From Minisyncoccota bacterium (lineage in GTDB: Bacteria; Patescibacteriota; Minisyncoccia; Phycocordibacterales; UBA9973): a stretch of DNA of 64,000 nt. Under the pieces are notes generated by a model. It was not told the DNA's origin, did not search any database, and was given only the letters and a program-made list of their open reading frames with translations. Shown here piece by piece: positions 46,103 to 58,068 of this stretch. Every line of letters starts with the position of its first letter. Within the stretch, counting starts at the first letter, position 1. The position numbers and the translations under genes were made by a program. Location of the stretch: contig JBAZXO010000001.1 in NCBI GenBank assembly GCA_041659785.1, positions 86,941-150,940 on the forward strand, in the 5' to 3' direction.

Positions 46103-48073
46103 ATGAAAATAATATCAGTAATACCACTTAAAAAAGGCATACTAAAAGGAGATTTAACCTATTTCACGAGCTTGGACATACCTGTCGGAAATGTTGTATC
46201 TGTGCCTATAAGGAATAAAGAAACCTTAGCATTGGTGACATCTAGCGAAGAGCTCAAAGAAAGAAAAAGCAATGTAAAAGGCATGGATTTTAATTTAAAA
46301 AAAGTTACAAAAGACAAAGGAGCTTCTATAATTCTCCCGGAATTTCTTAATACTGTTTTTGACACCAGTAGATATTTTGCTCAAAATAAAAACAAAGTTC
46401 TCACCTCATTGATACCATCTATTTTTATAGAAGAATATGACAAAATAATAAAAATAAAAAATACAAATAAAAATGACGATGCTGATAAAAAAAATATACA
46501 AAACATAAGGTCTGAAAAATTGTTATTCCAATATCCACTAGAAGATCGTATATCTATCTACAAGACTATCGTTCGTGAATCTTTCGCAAGGGGTAAATCT
46601 ATCTTTATGGTCTTACCTACCCAATTTGATATAGAAAAATTTGAAACTCAACTCTCAAAAGGTATTGAGCAGTTTACTTTCTCCATGCACAGTGGAATAA
46701 ATGCCAAGAAAAACTTAAAAACTTATGAAAAAATAATAAATTCCACCCATCCTGTCCTAATACTCGGCACTGCTCCATTTTTATCTATACCTAGGAAGGA
46801 TATTGGCACCATAATTCTAGAACACGAGAATTCAAATGCTTATAGAATGATGATGGGGCCACATATAGACCTCCGAGTTTTTGTAGAAATTTATGCTTCT
46901 AAAATAAATGCAAAATTCATAATGGCTGATGAGATATTACGTTATGAAACAATAGGCAGAAAAGATATAGATAATTTAAACCCCTTACATCCTCTTTCTT
47001 TTAGGATTGATTTTACAGGAGAAATAGAAATTTTGGTAAAAGAGCCCAAAGCTCAAATAGAAGGGCTAAGGGTAAAAGAAGAAAGTAAAAAATTCCAAAT
47101 ATTTAAAGATAAAAGTATTGAAGAAATAAAACATGCAATAGAAAATAAGAAAAATGTTTTTATTTTTTCCTTAAGGAAAGGCCTAGCCACTATGACCATA
47201 TGCAAAGATTGTGGTGAGACAGTAGGTTGTGAAAAATGTGGATCACCACTCGTACTTTATATGTCTCATCAAGAGAAAAAAAGGATGTTTGTATGCAATA
47301 AATGTGAAATGAATATAGATGGAGATGTATCATGTAAATATTGTGGCAGTTGGAATCTATTACCTCTGGGCATCGGCACGGACACTGTGTATGAAGAAAT
47401 AGAAAAACTCTTTCCTAAAGTTAAAATTTTCAAATTAGATAAAGAGTCATCAAAAACAAAAAGTGGCGCTCAAAAAATAATAAAAGATTTTATAGAAAAT
47501 GAAGGTTCGATACTAGTCGGCACTGAGATGACATTTTTCTATCTTAAAGACAAAGTGCCACTTTCGGTTATTGCTTCTTTTGATTCACTTTGGAGTATCC
47601 CTAATTTTAAAATGGGTGAAAAAATTATTCAGATAATACTTTCTACGATAGACAATACGACAGAGAAAGTTATCGTTCAAACAAAAAACGAAAAAGATCC
47701 CGCAATTCAAGCAATAAAATCAGCAAACCTACTATCTTTTGTACGTGAAGAATTAGAAGACCGACAAAAACTTTCTTATCCACCATATAAACGTTTTATA
47801 AAAATAACATATTTGGGCGACAAAACAGATATTCCAAAAGTAAGTAAAATATTAGAAGAAATTTTCAAAGAATATTCTCCTGAAATTTTCAGTGGTTTTG
47901 TCTCTCGTTTAAAAGGTAAATATGTCACCAATGCACTCATAAAAATAGATACAAAAAAATGGTCTTTACCAGAGCTATCCCATGATTCATCAATTGACGA
48001 AAATCTCTTCACAAAACTTCAATCCCTTCCACAACCCTTTGAAATATTTGTGGATCCAGAGGATTTACTTTAA
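46103..48073 (+). CDS. priA: primosomal protein N' (PriA)-like, with degenerate helicase motifs
   Basis: N-terminal 3'-DNA-binding-like domain, a Cys4+Cys4 zinc region (CKDCGE..CEKCGS..CNKCEM..CKYCGS) followed by GIGTDTVYEEIEKLFP. At the Walker A position, GSGKT is replaced by LEDRIS. Confidence 0.6.
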   Translation: MKIISVIPLKKGILKGDLTYFTSLDIPVGNVVSVPIRNKETLALVTSSEELKERKSNVKGMDFNLKKVTKDKGASIILPEFLNTVFDTSRYFAQNKNKVLTSLIPSIFIEEYDKIIKIKNTNKNDDADKKNIQNIRSEKLLFQYPLEDRISIYKTIVRESFARGKSIFMVLPTQFDIEKFETQLSKGIEQFTFSMHSGINAKKNLKTYEKIINSTHPVLILGTAPFLSIPRKDIGTIILEHENSNAYRMMMGPHIDLRVFVEIYASKINAKFIMADEILRYETIGRKDIDNLNPLHPLSFRIDFTGEIEILVKEPKAQIEGLRVKEESKKFQIFKDKSIEEIKHAIENKKNVFIFSLRKGLATMTICKDCGETVGCEKCGSPLVLYMSHQEKKRMFVCNKCEMNIDGDVSCKYCGSWNLLPLGIGTDTVYEEIEKLFPKVKIFKLDKESSKTKSGAQKIIKDFIENEGSILVGTEMTFFYLKDKVPLSVIASFDSLWSIPNFKMGEKIIQIILSTIDNTTEKVIVQTKNEKDPAIQAIKSANLLSFVREELEDRQKLSYPPYKRFIKITYLGDKTDIPKVSKILEEIFKEYSPEIFSGFVSRLKGKYVTNALIKIDTKKWSLPELSHDSSIDENLFTKLQSLPQPFEIFVDPEDLL

Positions 48074-48122
48074 GCTTGATATATTTGAAATATAATTTAT
48101 AATACTAAATGAGGAGGTTCTT

Positions 48123-48515
48123 TTGAGATACATACACGTAAAAGCCGATGATAATCGGCCTCACCTATTTGGGTTCCAAGGAAACCCAAGCAAGGCCAAA
48201 CAATCGGCAGAAAAAAGTTATGGAAAAGGGAGATTGTTTATTCCCTTTCACTTAACGCCCAATGTTCCCAGGGTCATAGATGAAATAATATTCTTTCATC
48301 ACCCCAGCGAAACGCCGTTCGTGAAAAAAAACATCGAAGCAAATAAGCTTTTCGGGTGGATTGATTCGGAATTTGATGGAGACCCTGGCGAGATATTCAT
48401 TCTCTACCACGAACCATCTAATCATGTCGCACAAGCCCCCCTCCTCCAACAAAGGAGAAAGAAAAAGCCAAGAGGCCGTTGGCGTCGCTATCGTCAACAA
48501 CAAGAAGCCGCATAA
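48123..48515 (+). CDS. hypothetical protein, GC-elevated orphan gene with TTG start and basic C-terminal tail
   Basis: SD GAGGAGG precedes the TTG. About 45% GC. A terminator follows at 48536. The opposite-strand ORF 48252..48503 was not preferred. Confidence 0.35.
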   Translation: MRYIHVKADDNRPHLFGFQGNPSKAKQSAEKSYGKGRLFIPFHLTPNVPRVIDEIIFFHHPSETPFVKKNIEANKLFGWIDSEFDGDPGEIFILYHEPSNHVAQAPLLQQRRKKKPRGRWRRYRQQQEAA

Positions 48516-48535
48516 GCAAGAATCAACACAACTAA

Positions 48536-48570
48536 GGGCGACCAGAAATGGACGCCCTCGTTTTATTTTA
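48536..48570 (+). terminator. rho-independent terminator (GGGCG-accagaaatgga-CGCCC followed by TCGTTTTATTTT)
   Basis: GC stem plus U-run between the convergent 48123 gene and rsmI. Confidence 0.5.
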
Positions 48571-49257
48571 GGCGACGATTACAGTAAATTCCCCTCTTTG
48601 TTTATCAGGATTTTTATTAAAATATTCCAAAACTTCTACTGGTGTCCCAGTTACGAATTCTTCATAAATTTTTGTTAACTCTCTCGCAACACAGACCTTC
48701 TTCTGATTCTCTTTGGGACAAAATTTCACAAGTGACTCTAATGTTTTTAAAATTCGATGAGGAGACTCATAGAAAACCATCGTCCTTTTAGCATCTCTAA
48801 TTTCTTTAAATAAAGTTTCTCTTCCCTTTTTATGAGGGAGAAAACCCAGAAAAGTAAATTCATGAGTTGGTAAACCTGAAGCAGAAAGTGCAGTAATGAC
48901 CGCGGAAGCACCCGGTATCGGAATTATATCTACGCTATAGCGTAGATTGATATCTTCTTTAATTTTAGATACAAGCAATGCTCCAGGGTCAGAAATTCCT
49001 GGTGTACCAGCGTCTGACACTAATGCTAAATTTTTACCTTCGCTCAATAATTCAAAAATTTTATCTGTCTTCGCGAGTTTACTCTGAGCGTGATAGCTCA
49101 TCGTCGATTTATCGATATTGTATTTTTGCAAAATCTTTTTAGTAACTCTCGTATCTTCGCACAATATCAAATCGACATCCTTTAGGGTCTCAATAGCCCT
49201 GAATGTAATATCTCCCATATTTCCTATTGGCGTCGCAACTACATAAAATTTACCCAT
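48568..49257 (-). CDS. rsmI: 16S rRNA (cytidine1402-2'-O)-methyltransferase
   Basis: MGKFYVVATPIGNMGDITFRAIETLKDVDLILCEDTR is the RsmI/tetrapyrrole-methylase family signature. Confidence 0.85.
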   Translation of the reverse strand: MGKFYVVATPIGNMGDITFRAIETLKDVDLILCEDTRVTKKILQKYNIDKSTMSYHAQSKLAKTDKIFELLSEGKNLALVSDAGTPGISDPGALLVSKIKEDINLRYSVDIIPIPGASAVITALSASGLPTHEFTFLGFLPHKKGRETLFKEIRDAKRTMVFYESPHRILKTLESLVKFCPKENQKKVCVARELTKIYEEFVTGTPVEVLEYFNKNPDKQRGEFTVIVA

Positions 49258-49350
49258 ACACTTATTTTTTAATTATATTATATAAAGCTAAATTAAACAA
49301 TTGAGAAAATAAGTGTGTGGGTTTAGACATTATGTTTATGATTTTAGCAT

Positions 49351-49383
49351 ATAAAAATAAAAAAGCCCCGAACGAATCGGGGC
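49351..49383 (-). terminator. rho-independent terminator on minus strand (GCCCCGA-uucgu-UCGGGGC followed by UUUUUUAUUUUU)
   Basis: The inverted repeat 49365-49371/49377-49383 is preceded on the plus strand by ataaaaataaaaaa. It lies downstream of the 49406 gene. Confidence 0.55.
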
Positions 49384-49405
49384 GAGGTTTCTGGTGAATA
49401 TTTCA

Positions 49406-49951
49406 CTAAGCCGCTAAAAATTTCTGTGGCTCAAGAATTGGTTTTTTTGTCTTTTCACGAAAACACGGGGTTATGTCACCTGGCATCAGGTAATCTTCCA
49501 ACCATAGCCAACCTATTTCGACTCTACCCCTTCGTGCACAGACAAATGGAACGTAGTAGGAATACTGTAACCCCTTTTTGGGATTCATTTCAGCTTGTTT
49601 CACTACTGACTTCCACAAAAGAAGTTTTTTATCCCCGAAAGCTTTAAGAAAAGGCTCAACACCATTTTCTCGGATAGCGTAACCGTCCAACAAACCCAAA
49701 CAAGAGTTTATAAGCGGAAGAAAAGTGATGGTGCTTTGTTGTATATATTCAAATACTTCCTTTGCTTTTATTTTTATATTATTTCTTTGATTGGGGTGTA
49801 ACCAAAGCTCCAAGGAGCCAAGCCTATACTCGAGAAACCCAGTATGCTCGAGCTCCAGTAATACTGGTTTTCTGTTATACGGATAATAAGGACAATCCGT
49901 CCGTTTCACGATAATATAATCGGAAACAGCTTGTGCTAAAGTTTTGCTCAT
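49406..49951 (-). CDS. hypothetical protein (moderately GC-elevated)
   Basis: 181-aa ORF with no motif I recognise. It is followed by a strong terminator. Confidence 0.4.
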   Translation of the reverse strand: MSKTLAQAVSDYIIVKRTDCPYYPYNRKPVLLELEHTGFLEYRLGSLELWLHPNQRNNIKIKAKEVFEYIQQSTITFLPLINSCLGLLDGYAIRENGVEPFLKAFGDKKLLLWKSVVKQAEMNPKKGLQYSYYVPFVCARRGRVEIGWLWLEDYLMPGDITPCFREKTKKPILEPQKFLAA

Positions 49952-50079
49952 GATTTCTCCCTATGGGTTAATTGATTATTGGGAAAGTGACTCTTTTATT
50001 GACGAGGTGCGACGAAATACAATTCTATTTCTTAAATAGAACCATACTATAAGCACATTTGTCAAATATAGACTTATTT

Positions 50080-50535
50080 TTATTTTCTATACTTTCGGGT
50101 GCGCCATTTATCTGCAATCTTTATTCGAGTGAGTGAACGTTCAAGTTCAGCTTCAAAATGTTCAAAATCAACATTATCTTTATTCTCCATTAATTTCTTT
50201 AATTCTTCTGAACGAGTTCTAGCTTGAGCGATTTTCTCTTCTGAAAGTTCTGCGACGTGTTCAGCGAAATCAGCCAATACAGCAACTTCTGTGTCCCCTT
50301 TTTCATTTTGTTTCACTTCCACGAAACCTCCCACCACAGCCATGGGTACATGTTCAGCATTTATAAATGCGACAACGTCTCCTGAAGTGAGCCCTGTGAT
50401 TAAGGGAATATGATTTGGCAATACTGTTATCTCACCCAGAGTAGTAGGTAAACTAACTTGGTCTACCATTTCTTCCAAGACCAATCTCTCGGGAGTTACT
50501 ATTTTTAATTTTAATTGCTTCATAGATGAGTTCAT
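50080..50535 (-). CDS. atpC: F1Fo ATP synthase epsilon subunit
   Basis: LKIVTPERLV..VLPNHIPLITGL consensus. Confidence 0.85.
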   Translation of the reverse strand: MNSSMKQLKLKIVTPERLVLEEMVDQVSLPTTLGEITVLPNHIPLITGLTSGDVVAFINAEHVPMAVVGGFVEVKQNEKGDTEVAVLADFAEHVAELSEEKIAQARTRSEELKKLMENKDNVDFEHFEAELERSLTRIKIADKWRTRKYRK

Positions 50536-50611
50536 AAAGTTATAAAGTTATAAAGTTATAAAGTTTTTAAAATTCTTACTTTATGAACTTTAAGAACTTT
50601 TTACTTTTAAC

Positions 50612-51994
<1,383 letters not shown>

Positions 51995-52020
51995 TTATAA
52001 TTTACTAATAATTTTTATAA

Positions 52021-52983
52021 TTAACCGACTGATGTCATCCCTGCACTTATCTCTGATATCTCCCTCGTAATGTTCGCTTGTCTGGCTTTATTGAACATTA
52101 GAGTTAGGTCATCGATCATCTCTCCGGAAGCATCACTTGCATTTTTCATTGCTATCATTCTGGATGATTGCTCTGATGCGTTTGATTCGAGAATCATCTG
52201 ATATATTTGCATCCTTGTGAGTTTCTCAGCTAATGATTCTATCAATGTATTAAAATCTCCTTCAAATAAATAATCTATTGATTTTTCTCCAGACGTTCCT
52301 CGTCCGGAATCCGGACGAGGAACGTCTGGAGATTTTTCTGGCTCTAAAGAATCTATAACTTCTTTTAAACTATCTTTAGATATGGGCAAAATTTGTTTTA
52401 TGTTTGGTCTCTGAGTAAGGGCTGAAATAAAATCTGTGTAAGCAAATAAAACTTTATTATAATTCGCAGTACTGTATTCATCTATTGCCAACTTTGATAT
52501 TGGGAGGACATCAGAAAGAGAGATGTTATCTGGTAATTCTGTAAAGCTAGCAATGATTTTCCTACCAAGGCGACGCATAGACATATCACCCTTTTTACCG
52601 ATTGTTACAAAATCTATATTTATATTATTATTGCTTGCCCCACCATGGCGTGGGTCAAGCTTCAATAAAGAAATAACTTTTTTGATAACTTGAGCGTTGT
52701 AAGCACCACAAAGTCCACGATTGGAAGTAATAAGTATAACTAAAATATTTTCATGACTGTCTTTCTTCTCGCGTTCTAAGAAAAGTGGATGTGTAGACTC
52801 CTCTAAATTTTTAGCAATGGATGTCAAAATTTCCCAAGAATATCCGGCATACAAACGCGAAGCCAAAGTGGAAGATACGGCCCTCTTCATCTTGGAAGCA
52901 GCCACAAGCTCCATCGCCTTGGTGATTTTCTTTGTGTTCTTTACACTTTTTATTCTTCTTTTAATTTCTTTTGTCCCTGCCAT
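52021..52983 (-). CDS. atpG: F1Fo ATP synthase gamma subunit
   Basis: KEIKRRIKSVKNTKKITKAMELVAASKMKRA N-terminus and conserved C-terminal helix. Confidence 0.9.
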   Translation of the reverse strand: MAGTKEIKRRIKSVKNTKKITKAMELVAASKMKRAVSSTLASRLYAGYSWEILTSIAKNLEESTHPLFLEREKKDSHENILVILITSNRGLCGAYNAQVIKKVISLLKLDPRHGGASNNNINIDFVTIGKKGDMSMRRLGRKIIASFTELPDNISLSDVLPISKLAIDEYSTANYNKVLFAYTDFISALTQRPNIKQILPISKDSLKEVIDSLEPEKSPDVPRPDSGRGTSGEKSIDYLFEGDFNTLIESLAEKLTRMQIYQMILESNASEQSSRMIAMKNASDASGEMIDDLTLMFNKARQANITREISEISAGMTSVG

Positions 52984-53007
52984 ATATTAGGTTCTAGTTA
53001 TTAGTTT

Positions 53008-54519
53008 CTAGTTAAAATTCTTTTTGAAATCTTCTATAACCTTTTTTAATTCTTCTTCGCCTTTATCGCTCCACATTTTCTTCTCAATGATTTCTTTATA
53101 AAATGCTTTTGCATTGTGTTCACTATAGTCTGTGAGGCCTTGTTCGAATTCTTTTATTTTTTCAACTGGAACATCATCCATATAACCTTTCGTAAGGGCA
53201 TAAAGAGTGACTACCTGATGTTCTGTCTTTACTGGCGCGTATTGAAGCTGTTTCAATACTTCCACTGCTCTTTTGCCTCTTTCGAGCTGACGTTTTGTAG
53301 AATCATCGAGATCAGAACCAAATTGAGCAAATGCTTCGAGCTCACGGAATTGTGCGAGATCGAGCTTGAGTGTACCTGCAACCTTTTTCATAGCTTTTAT
53401 TTGCGCAGTAGATCCTACGCGAGAAACTGAAAGTCCAACGTTCACTGCAGGACGAATACCTTTATAGAAAAGATCTGTCTCTAGGAAAATTTGTCCGTCA
53501 GTAATAGAAATAACATTTGTAGGAATATACGCCGACACGTCACCAGCTTGTGTCTCTACTATAGGCAATGCAGTGATAGATCCGCCGCCGTATTCTTTAT
53601 TTCTTCGGCAAGCACGCTCAAGTAAACGTGAATGCAAATAGAAAACATCTCCAGGGTACGCTTCACGGCCTGGTGGACGACGCAAGAGAAGCGAAATTTC
53701 TCGATATGCTACGGCATGCTTCGAAAGATCATCATAAATAATAAGTACATCTTTCCCTTGATCCATAAAGTATTCTGCAATAGATACTCCTGTATAAGGT
53801 GCAATATAAGAAAGTGAAGCTGCTTCTGAGGCAGATGCTTTAACGATAACTGTGTATTTCATTGCGCCACCTTCTTCTAACCTTGCTTCGATTTTTCTAA
53901 GTTTAGAATCTTTTTGACCGATAGACACATAAACACATATCATGTCTTGGCCTTTTTGGTTTAAAATAGCATCGATAGCAATCGCTGTTTTACCTGTTTG
54001 ACGGTCACCAATGATGAGCTCACGCTGACCACGACCAATAGGGATAATGGCATCGATAACCTTGATACCAGTCGCGACTGGCTGGTCCACAGACAAACGA
54101 GTAATAACTCCTGGGGCTACCTTTTCTATCGGATAAGTTTGCAGACCGTCTTTTCCGGCTTTAATGACACCCTTACCATCGACTGCTTCGCCAATTGAGT
54201 TCACTACGCGTCCTAATATATGATCAGAAATTGGTATTTCAAGAATCTTACCCGTAGCTTTAACTTCATCCCCTTCTTTAATAGCAGAAAAGTCTCCAAG
54301 AATGATTACTCCAACTGCATCTTCTTCCAAGTTTAGAGCTACACCCACTTCGCCTCCAGGAAAAGTCACCATTTCTGAAGATTTAATATCAGATAAACCA
54401 GAAACCTTGGCGATACCATCGAAAACTTCCAACACCCTACCTATTTTCTCAACCTTTATCTGGGCGGTAAAGTTTTCTATTTCTCTTTTTAAATTTTCTA
54501 CGATGGTATTGTTATTCAT
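53008..54519 (-). CDS. atpA: F1Fo ATP synthase alpha subunit
   Basis: GDRQTGKTA Walker A. Highly conserved. Confidence 0.95.
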   Translation of the reverse strand: MNNNTIVENLKREIENFTAQIKVEKIGRVLEVFDGIAKVSGLSDIKSSEMVTFPGGEVGVALNLEEDAVGVIILGDFSAIKEGDEVKATGKILEIPISDHILGRVVNSIGEAVDGKGVIKAGKDGLQTYPIEKVAPGVITRLSVDQPVATGIKVIDAIIPIGRGQRELIIGDRQTGKTAIAIDAILNQKGQDMICVYVSIGQKDSKLRKIEARLEEGGAMKYTVIVKASASEAASLSYIAPYTGVSIAEYFMDQGKDVLIIYDDLSKHAVAYREISLLLRRPPGREAYPGDVFYLHSRLLERACRRNKEYGGGSITALPIVETQAGDVSAYIPTNVISITDGQIFLETDLFYKGIRPAVNVGLSVSRVGSTAQIKAMKKVAGTLKLDLAQFRELEAFAQFGSDLDDSTKRQLERGKRAVEVLKQLQYAPVKTEHQVVTLYALTKGYMDDVPVEKIKEFEQGLTDYSEHNAKAFYKEIIEKKMWSDKGEEELKKVIEDFKKNFN

Positions 54520-54920
54520 AAAGGTTTTGTTAAGTGTTCTTGTAATCTTTCAATCTTATTTTTCATTGTTAGGTCTATAACTTCGTCATTTACTTCTATT
54601 TTTATTCCGCCCAGTAATCTTTTATCTAAATTTTCAACTATTCTTATTTCTTTAGCTTTGTAACGATGTGCGAGTGTAGCGGTGAGTTCCTTTTTCATTT
54701 TTTCATTAATCTTGTCTGCGCTAGAAACCTTTGCTACAACTCTACCCTCGTGTTCGTTAATTATTTTATTTAGATGTGAGAGTATGCTGGGAGCTTTTGA
54801 AAGAAATCTTCTTTTTTCTAAAAATTTAACAACCTTTGCAGAAAAATGATCTTCTCCACCCTTTTCTTTTGATGCTAAATAAATAGCTTGTGCTATATCG
54901 TTGTTTGATATTGCAGTCAT
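54516..54920 (-). CDS. atpH: F1Fo ATP synthase delta (OSCP) subunit
   Basis: Position between atpF and atpA, OSCP-like helical N-domain, and 4-nt overlap with atpA. Confidence 0.75.
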   Translation of the reverse strand: MTAISNNDIAQAIYLASKEKGGEDHFSAKVVKFLEKRRFLSKAPSILSHLNKIINEHEGRVVAKVSSADKINEKMKKELTATLAHRYKAKEIRIVENLDKRLLGGIKIEVNDEVIDLTMKNKIERLQEHLTKPL

Positions 54921-54925
54921 ATTAC

Positions 54926-55387
54926 TTATAAATTATTTAAATCTTGCTTACTACTAATCAATTTCTCGGTGGCTAGCATTGCGAGGTTTACGATTTCTTT
55001 CTTGGCATCTTCTACCATTTTTACCTTTTCTGCTTCTAGTGTTTTTTTACCATTTTCGATAACTAGCGCAACTTCTTTTTTTGCATCTTCTAACATTAAT
55101 GCTTTTTTAGTTTCAGATTCCTTTTTACCGTCTTGAAAAATTTTATTTGCTTCAGACTGGGCTTTTGCAAGCATTGCATCGTACTCTGCTTGAGTTTTTG
55201 TAAGTAGAACTGCATTTGTCTTCGCATCATCTATGCCCTTGCCTATTTTCTCACTTCTCTCCGCCATTAGTTTAGAAAGTGGCTTCAATGCAAAGATATA
55301 AAGAACGACAAAAACGACTCCGAAGTTGATAGCTTGAGCAACGATAATTTTCCAGTCTATGTGAAATGTTGAAATAATTGATTCCAT
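54926..55387 (-). CDS. atpF: F1Fo ATP synthase subunit b
   Basis: Single N-terminal TM helix, a long Ala/Lys/Glu-rich coiled coil, and its operon position. Confidence 0.75.
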   Translation of the reverse strand: MESIISTFHIDWKIIVAQAINFGVVFVVLYIFALKPLSKLMAERSEKIGKGIDDAKTNAVLLTKTQAEYDAMLAKAQSEANKIFQDGKKESETKKALMLEDAKKEVALVIENGKKTLEAEKVKMVEDAKKEIVNLAMLATEKLISSKQDLNNL

Positions 55388-55453
55388 AATTTTTTTTATT
55401 TTTTAAAAGAAACTTTCGCAACACAATTTATAATTATGTTGCGTGAGCTTCGT

Positions 55454-55678
<225 letters not shown>

Positions 55679-55719
55679 TTATTCGGGATTAACTAATAAT
55701 ATTTTGACCTTTAATAAAA

Positions 55720-56610
55720 TTATGCTATCTCTTTAATAAATTCTTTAACTAATTCCTTTTCACTTTCCATGCTATCGTGCGTTACCGTATTGTGGGCAGG
55801 TTCATGCTCCTCGTGTTCATCATGATCAGACGATGCAATGGTAAAGTAAACCACAAGCAAAATTGAAAAGATGAGAGCCTGAATAACTCCGACGAGCAAT
55901 TCTAGAAAAAGAAACGGAATTGGAACAATATATGCCACAAGGGCTGCCATGGAGGCCAAGAGGACCTCTCCGGCAAATACGTTACCAAATAGACGAAACG
56001 AGAGTGATGCAACTTTTGCAAATTCACCAACAATTTCGATTAAACCAACAAAGAACGTGATGGGTGCTACGAGAATAATCGTAGGCTCGTGGCGAATTTT
56101 CTTAAATATTCCTCCGAGCACTTTTAGATTAACATACTTATTGAAAGTTTTCCATATACCTATAGAAAATGCTCCGAAAAGGTTCGCACCGAGTACAGCC
56201 ATAAATGCGAGTGCAACGGTTGTGTTGATGTCTGCTGTACCTCCACGTAGAAATGGGATGAATGCTAGACCCTGTTCACTCTTTTCTACGATACCGAAAC
56301 CTCCAAGTGGCATAATACCTAGCCAATTGTTTATAAGAATAAAGAAAAAGACTGAAATAGCAAAAGGGAAAATTTTAAGAGACAATGCTCTATCATTTGT
56401 GACTTGGTCGCACATGCCTAGTGCGCCCTCCACGACAATTTCAAAAAGATTTTGTAATTTACCAGGAATTGTTTTGAGTTTAAAACGTAAAGCTAGGGAC
56501 AAGATAACAATTATTGTAACTGCAATCCAACTCGTAAGAAGTGAGTTGGTAATAGTAAAATTAGTAAACTGATGTATTGGCTCTGCAAATAATGTAATGT
56601 TTTCTTTCAT
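55720..56610 (-). CDS. atpB: F1Fo ATP synthase subunit a with His/Asp/Glu-rich C-terminal extension
   Basis: Conserved R in the penultimate helix (LSFRLFGNVFAGE). The C-terminal tail is SSDHDEHEEHEPAHNTVTHDSMESE. Confidence 0.85.
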   Translation of the reverse strand: MKENITLFAEPIHQFTNFTITNSLLTSWIAVTIIVILSLALRFKLKTIPGKLQNLFEIVVEGALGMCDQVTNDRALSLKIFPFAISVFFFILINNWLGIMPLGGFGIVEKSEQGLAFIPFLRGGTADINTTVALAFMAVLGANLFGAFSIGIWKTFNKYVNLKVLGGIFKKIRHEPTIILVAPITFFVGLIEIVGEFAKVASLSFRLFGNVFAGEVLLASMAALVAYIVPIPFLFLELLVGVIQALIFSILLVVYFTIASSDHDEHEEHEPAHNTVTHDSMESEKELVKEFIKEIA

Positions 56611-56611
56611 A

Positions 56612-56914
56612 TTATTTCTTGTCTATGTCTTGCAATTTTTTCATATAATCCTTAACCACGTAAAATATTTTAAAACATGAAAATAGGAAAGCTACGCCGG
56701 TCAAAGAAAGGAAAATGATCGGCTTTGTCCCATAGTGTGCATCCAGCATTTTACCGAAAATTAATGCCAAAACTACAGGCACCACTATCCACGTAGAAAC
56801 CTCACTAAATATCTGCATTGCTGGCTTCCACCAAGGGCCACCGCCATTGCGGGGCAAGCCACTCGGAGAGGCAGGCAAATCATTATTTAAGTTGTTTTTA
56901 TCTTCATTAATCAC
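56612..56914 (-). CDS. AtpZ/AtpI-like small membrane protein at head of atp operon
   Basis: 2-TM protein matching the ATPase_gene1 pattern (W..A......W.VVPVVLALIFG..LD...GT.P....L...G). It lies immediately upstream of atpB. Confidence 0.55.
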   Translation of the reverse strand: MINEDKNNLNNDLPASPSGLPRNGGGPWWKPAMQIFSEVSTWIVVPVVLALIFGKMLDAHYGTKPIIFLSLTGVAFLFSCFKIFYVVKDYMKKLQDIDKK

Positions 56915-57000
56915 AAAAAGAAAGGCAATTGCGCCTTTCCTATATCATACCAAAAAGGAAAAATTAATGCAAAATGTGATGTATACTATATTTATAGTAT

Positions 57001-58068
57001 ATGACCACAAACAAAAAGGTATTTTTCCAAATATTAATATTGTTACTTTTCCTCAGCACTGCAATGCCGACTTTTGCAGCTTCGGTAGCACCAGTGGTAA
57101 AAAAAGCTACAACATCAAAACCTTTAGAAAAATTATTCTACTATATTCCTGGATTTTCAACATTCTACTCCTTGCAAGCAAATGGAAACAAGGCGAATAT
57201 TTTCGCACCTCAAGTTTATAAAGTAGATGCTGATGGCGTACTCACTGGATCTATTTCTGACATAGCGCTTGAAGTTGTAAATAAAAATAAAACACCTATT
57301 ATGCCCTTGGTGTCCAATGAAAACTTCGATCCTGATACGATGCATACGATCCTACAATCAACTGATTTACAAAATAAAATTATAAGTGAATTGATTGCTG
57401 AAGCTAAGTCTAAAAATTATATCGGTTGGCAGTTTGATTTCGAACACATCATGGCCACAGATCGAAATACATTCTCTTCATTTGTAGAATTAACTGCAAA
57501 AAAACTTCACAAAGAAAAGCTGAAGCTATCGGTAGCATTGATTGCGCGTTCCTCTAACAAGCCAAGTGACCTCCCTGCAGGATCATGGGACAAATATGCT
57601 GGAGTTTTCGACTATAAACGCATTGGTAGAGCAGCGGACTTTGTAACACTTATGGCATATGACGAGCCCGCATCCGTGGGTCCGGTCGCAAGCTTGCCAT
57701 GGGTTAAAAAAGTCCTTGCCTATACTGAAAAGCACATTCCAAAATCTAAAATTTCTTTAGGCATACCTACATATGGATGGCTATGGAATACAGACACGAA
57801 TACGAAAATCCGAAGTATGCCATATCAAAAAGTTCAAGACCTCATGGATAGTAAAGGTTATATAGGTAAGGGATTTGATAAAACCTTGCAAACCTCGTGG
57901 ATTACTTACACACAAGGAGCAGGAGCAAATTTAGTCCATTACAAACTTTGGTATGAAAATGCGGCTAGCTTTAAAACAAAACTTTCTTTAGCTAAATCAC
58001 AAAAAATTAGAGGCATCTCGCTCTGGGTTGTCGGTATGGAAGATCCTAATATTTGGAAGAGTTTTTAA
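57001..58068 (+). CDS. glycoside hydrolase family 18 (chitinase-like) exported protein
   Basis: Signal peptide. The GH18 catalytic region YIGWQFDFEH matches the DxxDxDxE-type motif, and the TIM-barrel strands are conserved. Confidence 0.65.
   Translation: MTTNKKVFFQILILLLFLSTAMPTFAASVAPVVKKATTSKPLEKLFYYIPGFSTFYSLQANGNKANIFAPQVYKVDADGVLTGSISDIALEVVNKNKTPIMPLVSNENFDPDTMHTILQSTDLQNKIISELIAEAKSKNYIGWQFDFEHIMATDRNTFSSFVELTAKKLHKEKLKLSVALIARSSNKPSDLPAGSWDKYAGVFDYKRIGRAADFVTLMAYDEPASVGPVASLPWVKKVLAYTEKHIPKSKISLGIPTYGWLWNTDTNTKIRSMPYQKVQDLMDSKGYIGKGFDKTLQTSWITYTQGAGANLVHYKLWYENAASFKTKLSLAKSQKIRGISLWVVGMEDPNIWKSF

Noticed and set aside
48252-48678. ORFs 48252..48503 (-) and 48361..48678 (+) in the GC-elevated region
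   Set aside because: They overlap the SD-preceded, terminator-followed plus-strand ORF 48123..48515, and the 48361 ORF runs into rsmI on the other strand.
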